The notes below the pieces were generated by a model. The model did not search any database, was not told where the DNA came from, and was given only the letters and a program-made list of their open reading frames with translations. Below, in pieces: positions 19,963-29,947 of a stretch of 64,000 nt of DNA. The position numbers were made by a program, and so were the translations under genes. Every line of letters starts with the position of its first letter. The stretch's first letter is position 1. The DNA comes from Nitrosopumilus sp. (GTDB lineage Archaea; Thermoproteota; Nitrososphaeria; Nitrososphaerales; Nitrosopumilaceae). The stretch is taken from the NCBI GenBank assembly GCA_965205425.1, contig CBDBGZ010000009.1:192001-256000 (forward strand), given 5' to 3'.

Positions 19963-20568
19963 ATGAAAACAATTTCCATAAATTACATTTTAGAGTGCAT
20001 GAATGATGAAAAAAACTATTTTGGAGATTTATGGGAAACTTGTCTGAATAATAAAAAAAGATTCAACAGAACCAAATTAAAAGAAATTTTGAAAAAAATG
20101 GAAGTGTTAGGTCATATCAAAAAACATGGTTACAAAAATGACGCATATTATGTCAAAAATTATCATTATTCACTTGAGGAAAATATTGGTTTTATTAACA
20201 ACATTATGTTTACTTATGAATCTAAAATTAATTTAACACTAAAAAAATTAGAAAATAGAAAAATATTTTTAGATATTTCAAAAAATCTAACTTCGTATAA
20301 ATTTAGTAAATATACAAAAACAGAATATGAGACATTACTCACAAACATGACAAGTATGTTTGAATTGGCATCATCAATTTTATGGTCTAAAGAAAATAGC
20401 GATGATACAGAATTAAAAAAAGAATTAAAAAATTGCTTCAAACAGATAAATGAATTCATGAATGAAATAAATCAAAAATTGTTGGAAGGAAGGAAAACTC
20501 AAGAAAGAATATTGTTACAAAAAGACTTTAGTAATAAAATTCCAGAAGCAGGACATCTCAAGATATAG
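19963..20568 (+). CDS. wHTH-containing hypothetical protein
   Basis: 201-aa ORF with HTH-like N-terminus. Confidence 0.6.
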   Translation: MKTISINYILECMNDEKNYFGDLWETCLNNKKRFNRTKLKEILKKMEVLGHIKKHGYKNDAYYVKNYHYSLEENIGFINNIMFTYESKINLTLKKLENRKIFLDISKNLTSYKFSKYTKTEYETLLTNMTSMFELASSILWSKENSDDTELKKELKNCFKQINEFMNEINQKLLEGRKTQERILLQKDFSNKIPEAGHLKI

Positions 20569-20740
20569 AATATGACAAACGAATGTCACTAGAGACACTT
20601 ACTAGATCCTCATCATAAAGTACCCCTAGCAACAAGTCATTTCAAATTCTTGGATATATACAACAATCCATACAAGTTTAGATATCAAAAGAAATTAGAT
20701 AGTAAAAACTAAAATCACAGAAAAATTTAGCAACATAGTC

Positions 20741-21196
20741 TTGATTGAAGAAAAACTTGAAACGATGGGAATTAAACTTCCAAACCCACCAACACCCGCA
20801 GGATCATATGTTCCTGCAATCAAGACAGGGAATTTGTTATTCATCTCAGGTCAAATTCCAATGGAAGAGGGTAAAGTCATCTTTACTGGAAAAGTTTCAA
20901 ATGATAACATGGAAGTGGCTCAAAAATCAGCAAGAATGTGTGCAATCAATCTATTAGCTCAGATGAAAAGAGAACTAGGTGATTTGGACAAGGTTACAAA
21001 AATAGTAAAACTTTCAGGATTTGTAAATTCCATGCCCGAATTTTCACAACATCCCAAAATAATCAATCCAGCATCAGATTTGTTTTTTGAAATATTTGGA
21101 GATAAAGGAAAACACGCTAGAGTAGCTGTAGGAGTTGCATGTTTACCATTAGATTCAATGACTGAAATTGATGCCATTGTAGAATTTTCAGATTAA
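20741..21196 (+). CDS. RidA/YjgF family protein
   Basis: GNLLFISGQIP; KHARVAVGVACLP. Confidence 0.9.
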   Translation: MIEEKLETMGIKLPNPPTPAGSYVPAIKTGNLLFISGQIPMEEGKVIFTGKVSNDNMEVAQKSARMCAINLLAQMKRELGDLDKVTKIVKLSGFVNSMPEFSQHPKIINPASDLFFEIFGDKGKHARVAVGVACLPLDSMTEIDAIVEFSD

Positions 21197-21241
21197 ACAA
21201 TTTGGGAATTTTCTTAAATAGATTTTTGATGTAATGAGCAC

Positions 21242-21502
21242 ATGGTGCAAATGTGTCGAGGAATATGTGAACGTCTAAAATCAACTTCATTTACAAATAA
21301 TTTACGTTACAAAATTGGTCAAAAATGGTGCTCATTATGTGCATTATTTTTCTTTACTGAAGAAAACACATGTCCATGTTGTAAAACAAGACTTAGAACA
21401 AAAGCTAGGAGTAAAAAGGATAATTGCCCAGAATGTAAACACGAAAAAGGAAAATGTGATTGTCTTTGTTGCTGTTCTGTTTCACAAATAGGCTGTGTAT
21501 AG
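21242..21502 (+). CDS. Cys-rich Zn-binding small protein
   Basis: CRGICE, KWCSLC, CPCC motifs; stop supplied by the IS630 end. Confidence 0.65.
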   Translation: MVQMCRGICERLKSTSFTNNLRYKIGQKWCSLCALFFFTEENTCPCCKTRLRTKARSKKDNCPECKHEKGKCDCLCCCSVSQIGCV

Positions 21503-23620
21503 CGACGATCAAAAGTTCGCAAACATCTTTGCGGGATTTCTAAAGATATAATTTGCAACATCAAGCTTGAATTTTGTCACTCTGAAATATTTTGACACTG
21601 CCTTGTTCATCATTGTAAACATTGCATAATACTCTGAAACCAACAATGCATATTTGCTTATCTTCCAGCACGGGTGTGTCCTAAAACTATCCTCTAACAT
21701 GTTTTGTAACCCCCATCAAATTAACAACTCGTATGTTGTAACAAATTACACGCAACGCCAACTCTTTTCTTTGAACCAACTTGTTTTTTGATGACAAGCT
21801 ATTTCCAAAGATTCTTTTGAGTACTGCAAATACTGATTCAACAAGTGACCTCTTGTGATAATGTCTGTCAAATTCATCTTGATTGTCCTGGAATAATGTT
21901 ATCATTTTTTTCCATGATGCAGAGCCTTTGGGATTTCTAACTGTGTTCTTCTTTGGTTTGATGTATGGTATCTTTTGCAGAGTAGCTACCATATTGCAAA
22001 TGTCTCGTGACAAATATGCAGGATCTGCACAAAAATCACCAATTCCCTTTGGAATGTCTTTGATTAGTTTTTTGAGAATTGGTGCATCACCACGAGTTCC
22101 TTTAGTAATGTCAAAAGATACTATTGCCATGGACTGTATTGCAATTAGGATGTGCAGTTTTAGATATAATTTCTTGGATTTGTGCGTGTTTGTCTTGATG
22201 TCAAACCAAGCCTCACATCTTTTGGTACCAAATCCTGAACTGTCAGGAGCTATGTCTTTTTTTTGATTGGTTCTGTGAGTTTTGCGTTTACCTTTTTCAA
22301 ATAAGGCATTGGAATTCTTTTTAGACTGTCATTAATGACAGTCTTGCTTGGTGCTTTTTTGAGCTCCATTATTTCCAACAGATCCGGCCTTGATCTCAAG
22401 TGGGACTCCATGGAACGATAATCCAATCCAAACTTTACCTTTAGCATTGCACACATTATCTTTGCTTTTGTTGGAAATGCAGGACGTCCGCCTGTCTTTG
22501 GTTCCCATGGTGTATCCATACTCCAAACTGTCTTCTTTACTTTTTCCAAGAATAGAATCTCCTCATCCTTGCGATATGTGCCATATACTTGCCAGTCTCT
22601 TTTTGATTTGTTTTGCATAGTTGTTGTGATTCCATGCGATCAATATGTTACAGAATTGAATAAAATTGTTATATTTGTCTACTTTTAGGACACACCCTTC
22701 CAGCACTGCTCTATCATGTTCTTCAAGTATGGTGATCCCTTTGGCAACCAGATTAGTTTGACATCTCTATTATTTGCAAGGTATTTCTTTACCTTCTTTG
22801 ATTTGTGAACTGATGCTCTATCTAAAATGATTGCAATTTTGCCATATTTCTGATGCAATTCCTTTAGGTACTCTACAAATGTTACAGCGTTGAATTTGTC
22901 ATAAACTCTGAATAGTTGATTGCCATTTTCTGTAATTGTACCATACACTGCCAGACTCTCATGTCGTCCTGTATATGGAAGAAATATTCTCTTGGCAACT
23001 GGTGACCAGTACTTTTTTCCTGTTTTTGTATCCCTTACAAAGAATGCTTCATCAGCCATTGCAATTACAAATCCTTTCTTTTTTAGGCGTGAAATTCTCT
23101 TTTTGATGCGTTGCTGCCAGCTTCTCACAGCAGATATACTTGCATGGTTGATGTGATATTTTTGTGCAGTTTTTGCAGACATGCCGTATTGGTGCATTAT
23201 CTTTCTGATGTGGGTTATGTGAAATTTTACTCCAGTGGAATAAAAGATACTTTGTTGCAACATTATGGGGGTAAACAAAGTTAGCATTGCTTTTGGACAT
23301 GATAGCATCCATTCGAGTCTGGGAGATTGTTCTTGGCCTACCACTTCTTGGGTGGTCGTAGAGGCCATCTATCTCAAAACGACTCGTCCATTTTCTCACC
23401 CAGCTTGTGCAGTGGTGTAATGTCTTTGCAGTGCACTGTATGTCCTTTCCATCCTTTAGAATCATCAACACTGCAAGCATCCTTACTGCAACCTTGGAGT
23501 TTTCTTTTTTGTATGCTGCTTCAAGTGATTCTAACTTGTTCATCAAATTTTACCATACATAGTGATCAAAAAGTTTTTTGTTTTGGAATAATTTAGTTCA
23601 CGAACTTTATCTTTTCGCTA
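21500..23620 (-). mobile_element. IS630-family element, transposase frameshifted and interrupted by an IS5-like element
   Basis: TAGCGA ends with flanking TA; HTH ORF 23052-23546; DDE ORF (ADEA, LDRASVH, LPKGSP) continuing at 21509-21671. Confidence 0.85.
21672..22697 (-). mobile_element. IS5-like element, two ORFs joined by a probable -1 frameshift
   Basis: 15-bp TIR GGGTGTGTCCTAAAA; 9-bp TSD TTCCAGCAC; DSSG, ADPAY and RSLVESVF motifs. Confidence 0.92.
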
Positions 23621-24011
23621 TACATGATATTACTCATTGGGGGATTAGTGCATCAATCGGGGTCATTTTCATCATTCATAGTTTGAAAAAGTTTGATCCT
23701 AGCTGGCAAGAATGGTTAGTGAGTATTGGAATCCCACCAGAAATGCAATTGCCAATTGCATTAGCAAAATTCATCGGGGAGGCATTTTGTTAGTTGTAGG
23801 TGTTCTCACCAGAGTTACAAGTTCAATATTTGCAGTAATTTTACTGGGGGCAATATTCCATATCAGATGGGAAAATGGATTTTTTGTTTCCAAAGGAGGA
23901 TGGGGATGGGATCTTGTAATGCTAGCTGCAGTTCTTGCAATAATAGTTGCAGGGCCTGGAAGAATTTCAATTTCACACCTGGTGAAAAAAATTCCTAGAT
24001 TTTTACAGTAA
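23621..24011 (+). pseudogene. DoxX family membrane protein, 5'-truncated and frameshifted
   Basis: HDITHWGISASIGVIFIIH...GGILLVVGVLTR...GPGRIS; begins at the IS630 TA. Confidence 0.8.
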
Positions 24012-25256
24012 TTATTTTATTTTTTTGTTTAATTCTGTAATGAATTTTTTTATTTTTGGTTTAGGAACCACAGCACCACAGGCTTTATCATGTCCTCCAC
24101 CAGAACCACCAAGACTAGTTGCTAAAAGATTTACAATTCTACCCAAGTGAACCTTACAGTCTTTTGAACCTCTAACTGAAACAGCATAGATACCATGATC
24201 AACGCGTTCTTTGTAAGCTACACCAACATTTTTCCCAGACAATCCCATTACAAAATTAACTGCACCACTTGCACCAGCATCCAAAATTTCCATATGGCCA
24301 AGATTACTCATAGTTTTCAATCCCACCTTGACCTTAGCAATCATTTGAGATAGTTTCTCTACTTGGATTTGTGCAAATTCATAGGTATTTGGAATATCAT
24401 GTGGGAATCTTGAATCTGCTAATTCTTCAACTAAATATTGTAAATAGTCAGGTTCCTTTTGATGACCCACAATATTGTAAGTCATTACAGTTGCACTAAT
24501 CAAAGCAAATTGTCTATCATAAATTTGAAATAATTTAGAACCAATTGGTCTTGTTTCCATATAATCAGTAATTGCAGCACATGTTGCAATGAAAGATGCA
24601 TGATCATTGAGTTTTGATTTGAATGCAGTATAAGCCAAAACTGCAGTACATTCATTGACATCATGAATGACTTTGACTTTGAGTTTGTTTAGTGATTTTA
24701 CAACAGTAGGATCAATATCGTGATGATCAATATAAGTAACTGAAACTTTATTCTTTCTCAGTCTTGTCATAATATCTATAAATTCATCTTGGGTTTTTTT
24801 GCTCAATCCCAAATCACAAATAAATAATGATTTTAATTTTTCATCTAAAACTACTTGGTTTAATGCTTCCATCTGTCCCGGATAATCAACTAGCATTGCA
24901 TCTCCGCCAAATGCTTGACGAATTAATGCCGCAGAACTAATTCCATCACAATCTTCCTTATGGGAAATACAAATTACTTTAGTTCTCTTTTGTTTGGTTA
25001 CTTTTTTAGCTGGTGTTTTTTTGGTTACTTTTTTAGCTGGTGTTTTTTTGGTTACTTTTTTAGCTGGTGTTTTTTTGGTTACTTTTTTAGCTGGTGTTTT
25101 TTTGGTTACTTTTTTAGCTGGTGTTTTTTTGGTTACTTTTTTAGCTGGTGTTTTTTTGGTTACTTTTTTAGCTGGTGTTTTTTTGGTTACTTTTTTAGCT
25201 GGTGTTTTTTTGGTTACTTTTTTAGCTGGTGTTTTTTTAGTTTTAGATGAAACCAA
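24012..25256 (-). CDS. DHH/DHHA1 phosphoesterase with a histone-H1-like N-terminal repeat tail
   Basis: HKEDCDG, IDHH, GGSGGGH motifs. Confidence 0.9.
   Translation of the reverse strand: MVSSKTKKTPAKKVTKKTPAKKVTKKTPAKKVTKKTPAKKVTKKTPAKKVTKKTPAKKVTKKTPAKKVTKKTPAKKVTKKTPAKKVTKQKRTKVICISHKEDCDGISSAALIRQAFGGDAMLVDYPGQMEALNQVVLDEKLKSLFICDLGLSKKTQDEFIDIMTRLRKNKVSVTYIDHHDIDPTVVKSLNKLKVKVIHDVNECTAVLAYTAFKSKLNDHASFIATCAAITDYMETRPIGSKLFQIYDRQFALISATVMTYNIVGHQKEPDYLQYLVEELADSRFPHDIPNTYEFAQIQVEKLSQMIAKVKVGLKTMSNLGHMEILDAGASGAVNFVMGLSGKNVGVAYKERVDHGIYAVSVRGSKDCKVHLGRIVNLLATSLGGSGGGHDKACGAVVPKPKIKKFITELNKKIK
24995..25238. repeat. 27-bp tandem repeat x9 encoding KKTPAKKVT
   Basis: ttggttactttttagctggtgttttt-type unit repeated in tandem. 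Confidence 0.95.
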
Positions 25257-25303
25257 TACAGATTAAAAAATCACAAACCCTCATTTAAATGAAGAATGTA
25301 AAA

Positions 25304-25495
25304 TTAGGATCTTTTGGTAGATTTTTTGATACTCTGATTTACCAATGAGCTAGAATCAAGATAAACATCGTAAAATGATAATCCTTCTAATTGGGTTTGA
25401 TTATCAATTTCTTGTATTTTTTTTAATTCATCAGAAGACGCATTTAGAACCATATCATCTAGTTTTTTCAAATGTTCACGCTCTTTAGGAGTCAT
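25304..25495 (-). CDS. Small conserved-looking hypothetical protein
   Basis: ORF with upstream TATA. Confidence 0.6.
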   Translation of the reverse strand: MTPKEREHLKKLDDMVLNASSDELKKIQEIDNQTQLEGLSFYDVYLDSSSLVNQSIKKSTKRS

Positions 25496-25614
25496 TTAAT
25501 TTCTGATTAAAAATTCTCATTTATAACCAAAAGTTGCCATATTAGACTAATTACTAAACTTCATAGACATGATTATGGCGAAAATATAATAGAAGATTTC
25601 CATGTAGGCTCAAT

Positions 25615-26778
25615 ATGGAGACAAAAAATATCGGTCTACGTGGAATTGAAGTTGCAGATACCAGAATTTCAAATATTGATGGTGAAAAAGGCAAGCTAAT
25701 TTATCGAGGATTCGACATACTAGATCTCACAAAAAATTCATCATTTGAAGAAACTGCATATCTATTACTATATGACAAATTACCTACTAAACAAGAATTA
25801 GATGAATTTAATGCAAAATTGGTGGAAGCAAGATACATTCCAAAACAAATGCAGAAAAACATGGGCAATTGGAGAAAAGATGCAGATCCAATGGATATGC
25901 TTCAAGCATTCGTTTCTGCACTAGCAGGATATTATGATGAAGAATTTTCAAATAAAGATGCCAGTTACGATAAGGCAATCAACCTAATTGCTAAAGTACC
26001 AACTATTGTTGCAAGTTGGCAAAGAATAAGAAATGGATTAGATCCAATAGATCCTGATTCATCACTTAGTCATGCTGCAAATTTCCTATACATGATGTTT
26101 GGAGAAAAACCAGATTCAGAAGTTGAAAAAATCTTTGATGTCTGTTTAATTCTTCATGCAGATCACACTTTCAATGCTTCAACTTTTACTGCCAGACAAG
26201 TTGCATCAACAAGAGCACACATGTATTCAGCATCAAGTGCAGCCATTGGAGCACTAAGTGGAGAATTACATGGAGGAGCAAATACGGAAGTTATGAAAAT
26301 GCTCTTAGAAATTGCAGAATTGGATAAAGTAGAAGTATGGATTAAAGAAAAGATGTCTGTAGGAGATAGAATTATGGGAATGGGTCATGCAGTTTATAGA
26401 ACATATGACCCAAGAGCGCAAGTACTAAAAGAACTATCAAGAAAACTTGCAGAAAAAACCAAAGACCCATGGTACGAGATTACAGAAAAAGTAGAAACCA
26501 CAACTATTTCTGAAATGAAATCCCAGAAAGACAGAGACATCTATCCAAATGTGGACTTGTATAGTGCATCATTATATTACATGTTAAAAATTCCAATGGA
26601 TCTTAATACCCCCATCTTTGCAGTTTCAAGAGTAGTTGGATGGGCAGCGCACATCATTGAAGAAAAATTTGCAGAGGCAGCACCAAAGCCAGCATTATAC
26701 AGACCAAAGGCAACATATGTTGGAAAGTATTGTGGACCTCAAGGTTGCGAATACCAAACTTTAGACTTGAGAAAATAA
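25615..26778 (+). CDS. gltA: Citrate synthase
   Basis: HADHTFNAST, LHGGAN, GMGHAVY, YPNVD. Confidence 0.97.
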   Translation: METKNIGLRGIEVADTRISNIDGEKGKLIYRGFDILDLTKNSSFEETAYLLLYDKLPTKQELDEFNAKLVEARYIPKQMQKNMGNWRKDADPMDMLQAFVSALAGYYDEEFSNKDASYDKAINLIAKVPTIVASWQRIRNGLDPIDPDSSLSHAANFLYMMFGEKPDSEVEKIFDVCLILHADHTFNASTFTARQVASTRAHMYSASSAAIGALSGELHGGANTEVMKMLLEIAELDKVEVWIKEKMSVGDRIMGMGHAVYRTYDPRAQVLKELSRKLAEKTKDPWYEITEKVETTTISEMKSQKDRDIYPNVDLYSASLYYMLKIPMDLNTPIFAVSRVVGWAAHIIEEKFAEAAPKPALYRPKATYVGKYCGPQGCEYQTLDLRK

Positions 26779-26780
26779 TT

Positions 26781-27002
26781 TTAATTTCTTGTGCTTAACC
26801 AATCTTTAGCTTTTGAATTTACATCGTGTTTATACAACACTTCAAAAACCATATCATAAAATGTGATATCTTTTTTCTGGGCCTGATCATCTAGCCATTT
26901 GATTCCATCTGCCAATTCTGGATCATATTCTGAAAACTCTACTAATTCATCTACCATTTTTGAGAAGAAGGCGTGAGATTCAAGCATGAATACATCTTTC
27001 AA
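26781..27002 (-). CDS. Small hypothetical protein
   Basis: ORF with protein-like composition. Confidence 0.65.
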   Translation of the reverse strand: MKDVFMLESHAFFSKMVDELVEFSEYDPELADGIKWLDDQAQKKDITFYDMVFEVLYKHDVNSKAKDWLSTRN

Positions 27003-27063
27003 TCTATGATCATAAGTAAGGTATTCAAATTATATAGACAAAAGACCCCTTTTTGGTTGACAA

Positions 27064-27474
27064 TTGCACCATGTTTTCTATTTAGACGGAAATGCAAAGA
27101 AAATTTCATGGGTTATTCAGACTAATGATTCAAATTCTGAACAAAGTAGAGAACATGTAGAAATTTACAGAGATAAAATTTCAAATTTACAATCAAAATA
27201 CATTGCATTACATATTGGTTTGTTTTGGGGGATTGGAGTATTCATAATAAAAAATGACGATCATATAAAAATAAAATTAGATGATAAAATAATGTTTGAA
27301 CAATTAACGACAAATAAAATTATCAACGATGAATTTATTGAAAACAAAATTAAATTCATCAAGCAACTAATTGCTCAAAGAAAATTAAAGATAGACTTTG
27401 AAATAATACAACAAGAAACCAATATCGCTAAAAAAACACTTGATGCAAAAGAGCTTAAGAGCAAAAACGATTAG
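27064..27474 (+). CDS. RNase H-like fold protein (degenerate)
   Basis: YLDG...SKYIALHIGL...IKLDD pattern. Confidence 0.55.
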   Translation: MHHVFYLDGNAKKISWVIQTNDSNSEQSREHVEIYRDKISNLQSKYIALHIGLFWGIGVFIIKNDDHIKIKLDDKIMFEQLTTNKIINDEFIENKIKFIKQLIAQRKLKIDFEIIQQETNIAKKTLDAKELKSKND

Positions 27475-27707
27475 TATCTTGGTGAGAGCTCATTTGCAGT
27501 TTGTACATATACTACAAACTAGAATAATAAAAGAAAGATTTGTTCAATTTGATTGACAACACTTTATCTTCAATTAGAGCGATCTTATGAGATTTTCAAA
27601 GGATTACTAAGAATACTGTAAATATTTCATAGAATGAAAGAATTTTGAAAATGGATGTGTTTTAGACGATTAGATTTATTTAGATCATAGCAAGTCAGGG
27701 ATCAATT

Positions 27708-28340
27708 ATGGCAAGTATAGACAAAGCAGCTATAGTATTCTCAATTGCAATAGCCCTAATAGGTGTAGGAATTGCAGTTGCAGGAGATGCTGTACAAAAC
27801 AACCCAACATATTCTGCTCCCGTAGATTCTACTCCAAAAGTTTCAACTGAAACTTCAGAGCCAGAACCACAAGCAGACCCATTTGCAGATATTGCTGAAA
27901 AAGTAAAATCTGGAGATAATATGATGGAAAAAGAAGCTGTAGAACTTGAAGAAATCAACATAACAGAAACTCATGAAGAAGAAGCTATGATGGAAGAAAC
28001 TCATGAAGAAGAAGCTATGATGGAAGAACCAGCAGGACCAACAACTCATACTGTTGATATTCCAGTAGGAACTTCAGTTCCAGGATGTGAAGAAAGTAAT
28101 GCATGTTACTTACCAGCAGATATCACAATTAATGCTGGAGATACAGTAGAATGGATTAACATCGACACAGCAGCTCACACAGTAACTGGCGGTAGTCCAG
28201 CTGATGGCCCATCTGACGTATTTGATAGCAGTCTAGTCATGGCAGATGCAGTGTATGCATTTACTTTTGATGACGCAGGCAGTTACGATTACTTCTGTAT
28301 GGTACACCCATGGATGGTCGGTAGTGTTACAGTGAACTAA
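27708..28340 (+). CDS. Membrane-anchored blue (type 1) copper protein
   Basis: HTVT and YFCMVHPWMVG ligands; acidic ETHEEEAMME duplicated linker. Confidence 0.93.
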   Translation: MASIDKAAIVFSIAIALIGVGIAVAGDAVQNNPTYSAPVDSTPKVSTETSEPEPQADPFADIAEKVKSGDNMMEKEAVELEEINITETHEEEAMMEETHEEEAMMEEPAGPTTHTVDIPVGTSVPGCEESNACYLPADITINAGDTVEWINIDTAAHTVTGGSPADGPSDVFDSSLVMADAVYAFTFDDAGSYDYFCMVHPWMVGSVTVN

Positions 28341-28360
28341 CCAAAATTTTTCCTTTTTTC

Positions 28361-29947
28361 TTATTTTATTTGATTTTTCCTTATTGTTCGATTATAGGAT
28401 ACACCAAATCTGTGAGTTTCATCTCTGGCATACTGTAAAATTTTCAGAGATGGTTTGTATTTTGGAATAATTACAGGATTTTTATTTTTTGGCAGATAGA
28501 CTTCTTCATTTTCTTTAGCTAATGAGATACAAGGCAAATTCAAACCAAGAGATTCCAAAGATTTTAGAGCAGCACTGAGTTGGCCTTTTCCGCCATCAAT
28601 AACAATCAAATCAGGAAGTTCAGAATTTTCTTCAAGTAAACGATAGTATCGTCGTTTTATGATTTCACCAATCATTGCAAAATCATCTCTTCCAGAGACT
28701 GTTTTAATTTTGAATTTTCTATATCCAGATTTATTTGGAATGCCACCAACAAATCTAGACATAGAGCCTACTGCAAAGTCTTCCCCATGGTTAGAAATAT
28801 CAAAACATTCAATGGTATTTGGAATCACAGGTAGATTTAGAATTTCTTTTAATTCAACTAGGCCAGGATCACCACCTTTAGAGTGAATTAGTTTAATATT
28901 TTTTAAAATTAAATTTAGAATTTCTTTTTTCTTTCCTTTTGTAGGAGATAAAATTTGAACATTTAGTCCAGATTGTTCAGATAGTAATGACTCTAATAAT
29001 TTTTTATTTTCAGGAAACTCACTAACTAAAATAAATTTTGGTATTTTATGTGTAGAATAGTACTGGAATAAGAAATTAGAAAATGAATTATCACCTACTA
29101 AATCAAAAAAGAATTTGTCACTATCTCTAATTACCCCATTAATCATTCTAAAATTCATCACAGACGCAGATTGTTCTTGAATACCTATACCAAAATATTC
29201 CTCATCAGAATTTTCAACATATTCCATTTTTTGTTTAGTCTGAAGACTTCCAAGCCTAATCAATGTATCACGAATATCTTTTGCACGCTCAAACTGCTGA
29301 GATTCTGCAGCTTGTTGCATTTCTTCTTCTAATTTCTTAGTGAAAACTTTGGTTTGGTTTTTACCTTTGAGAACATCTTGTAGAGCCTTAACGTGTTTAG
29401 GATATTTTTCTTGAGCATCTTTAAATTCACAAGGTCCTTCACAATTTCCCAAATGATATTCTAAACATACTTTTTTTGGCAGGGTTTTACAAATTCTAAT
29501 TTGAAATGCTTTTCTTAACGTGCCAATTGTAAGTAATTTTGAACTTCCTTGAGTAAACGGTCCAAAGGTTTTCCCTTTCCCTAAAAATTTACCATCCCTA
29601 GTTCGTCTCGATACTAATAACCGGGGATATTTTTCATCAGAAATTCTCAGATAGGTGTATCTTTGTTGATCTTTTAATTCTATATTGAATCTTGGACGAT
29701 ATTTTTTGATCATGTTGGATTCTAAAAGAAATGCTTCACTTTCATTATCAGTTAAAACAAATTCAATTTCAAAAATATTTTCTACAAGTTTTTGTGTTTT
29801 GTAATTTTGATTTTTGTTAAAATATGATTTTACTCTATTTTTTAAATTCTTGGCCTTACCAATATAGATAATTGTACCATCAGAATCTTTCATCAAATAG
29901 ATTCCAGGATCAGTAGGGATAGTTATTTTAGAAATATCAAAAGTCAT
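28361..29947 (-). CDS. uvrC: Excinuclease ABC subunit C
   Basis: GIY-YIG N-terminus, IECFDIS, IDGGKGQ, RDETHRF. Confidence 0.96.
   Translation of the reverse strand: MTFDISKITIPTDPGIYLMKDSDGTIIYIGKAKNLKNRVKSYFNKNQNYKTQKLVENIFEIEFVLTDNESEAFLLESNMIKKYRPRFNIELKDQQRYTYLRISDEKYPRLLVSRRTRDGKFLGKGKTFGPFTQGSSKLLTIGTLRKAFQIRICKTLPKKVCLEYHLGNCEGPCEFKDAQEKYPKHVKALQDVLKGKNQTKVFTKKLEEEMQQAAESQQFERAKDIRDTLIRLGSLQTKQKMEYVENSDEEYFGIGIQEQSASVMNFRMINGVIRDSDKFFFDLVGDNSFSNFLFQYYSTHKIPKFILVSEFPENKKLLESLLSEQSGLNVQILSPTKGKKKEILNLILKNIKLIHSKGGDPGLVELKEILNLPVIPNTIECFDISNHGEDFAVGSMSRFVGGIPNKSGYRKFKIKTVSGRDDFAMIGEIIKRRYYRLLEENSELPDLIVIDGGKGQLSAALKSLESLGLNLPCISLAKENEEVYLPKNKNPVIIPKYKPSLKILQYARDETHRFGVSYNRTIRKNQIK

Noticed and set aside
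24960..25266. Plus-strand repeat ORFs (CFFGYFFSW / VTFLAGVFL)
   Set aside because: Antisense shadows of the KKTPAKKVT repeat
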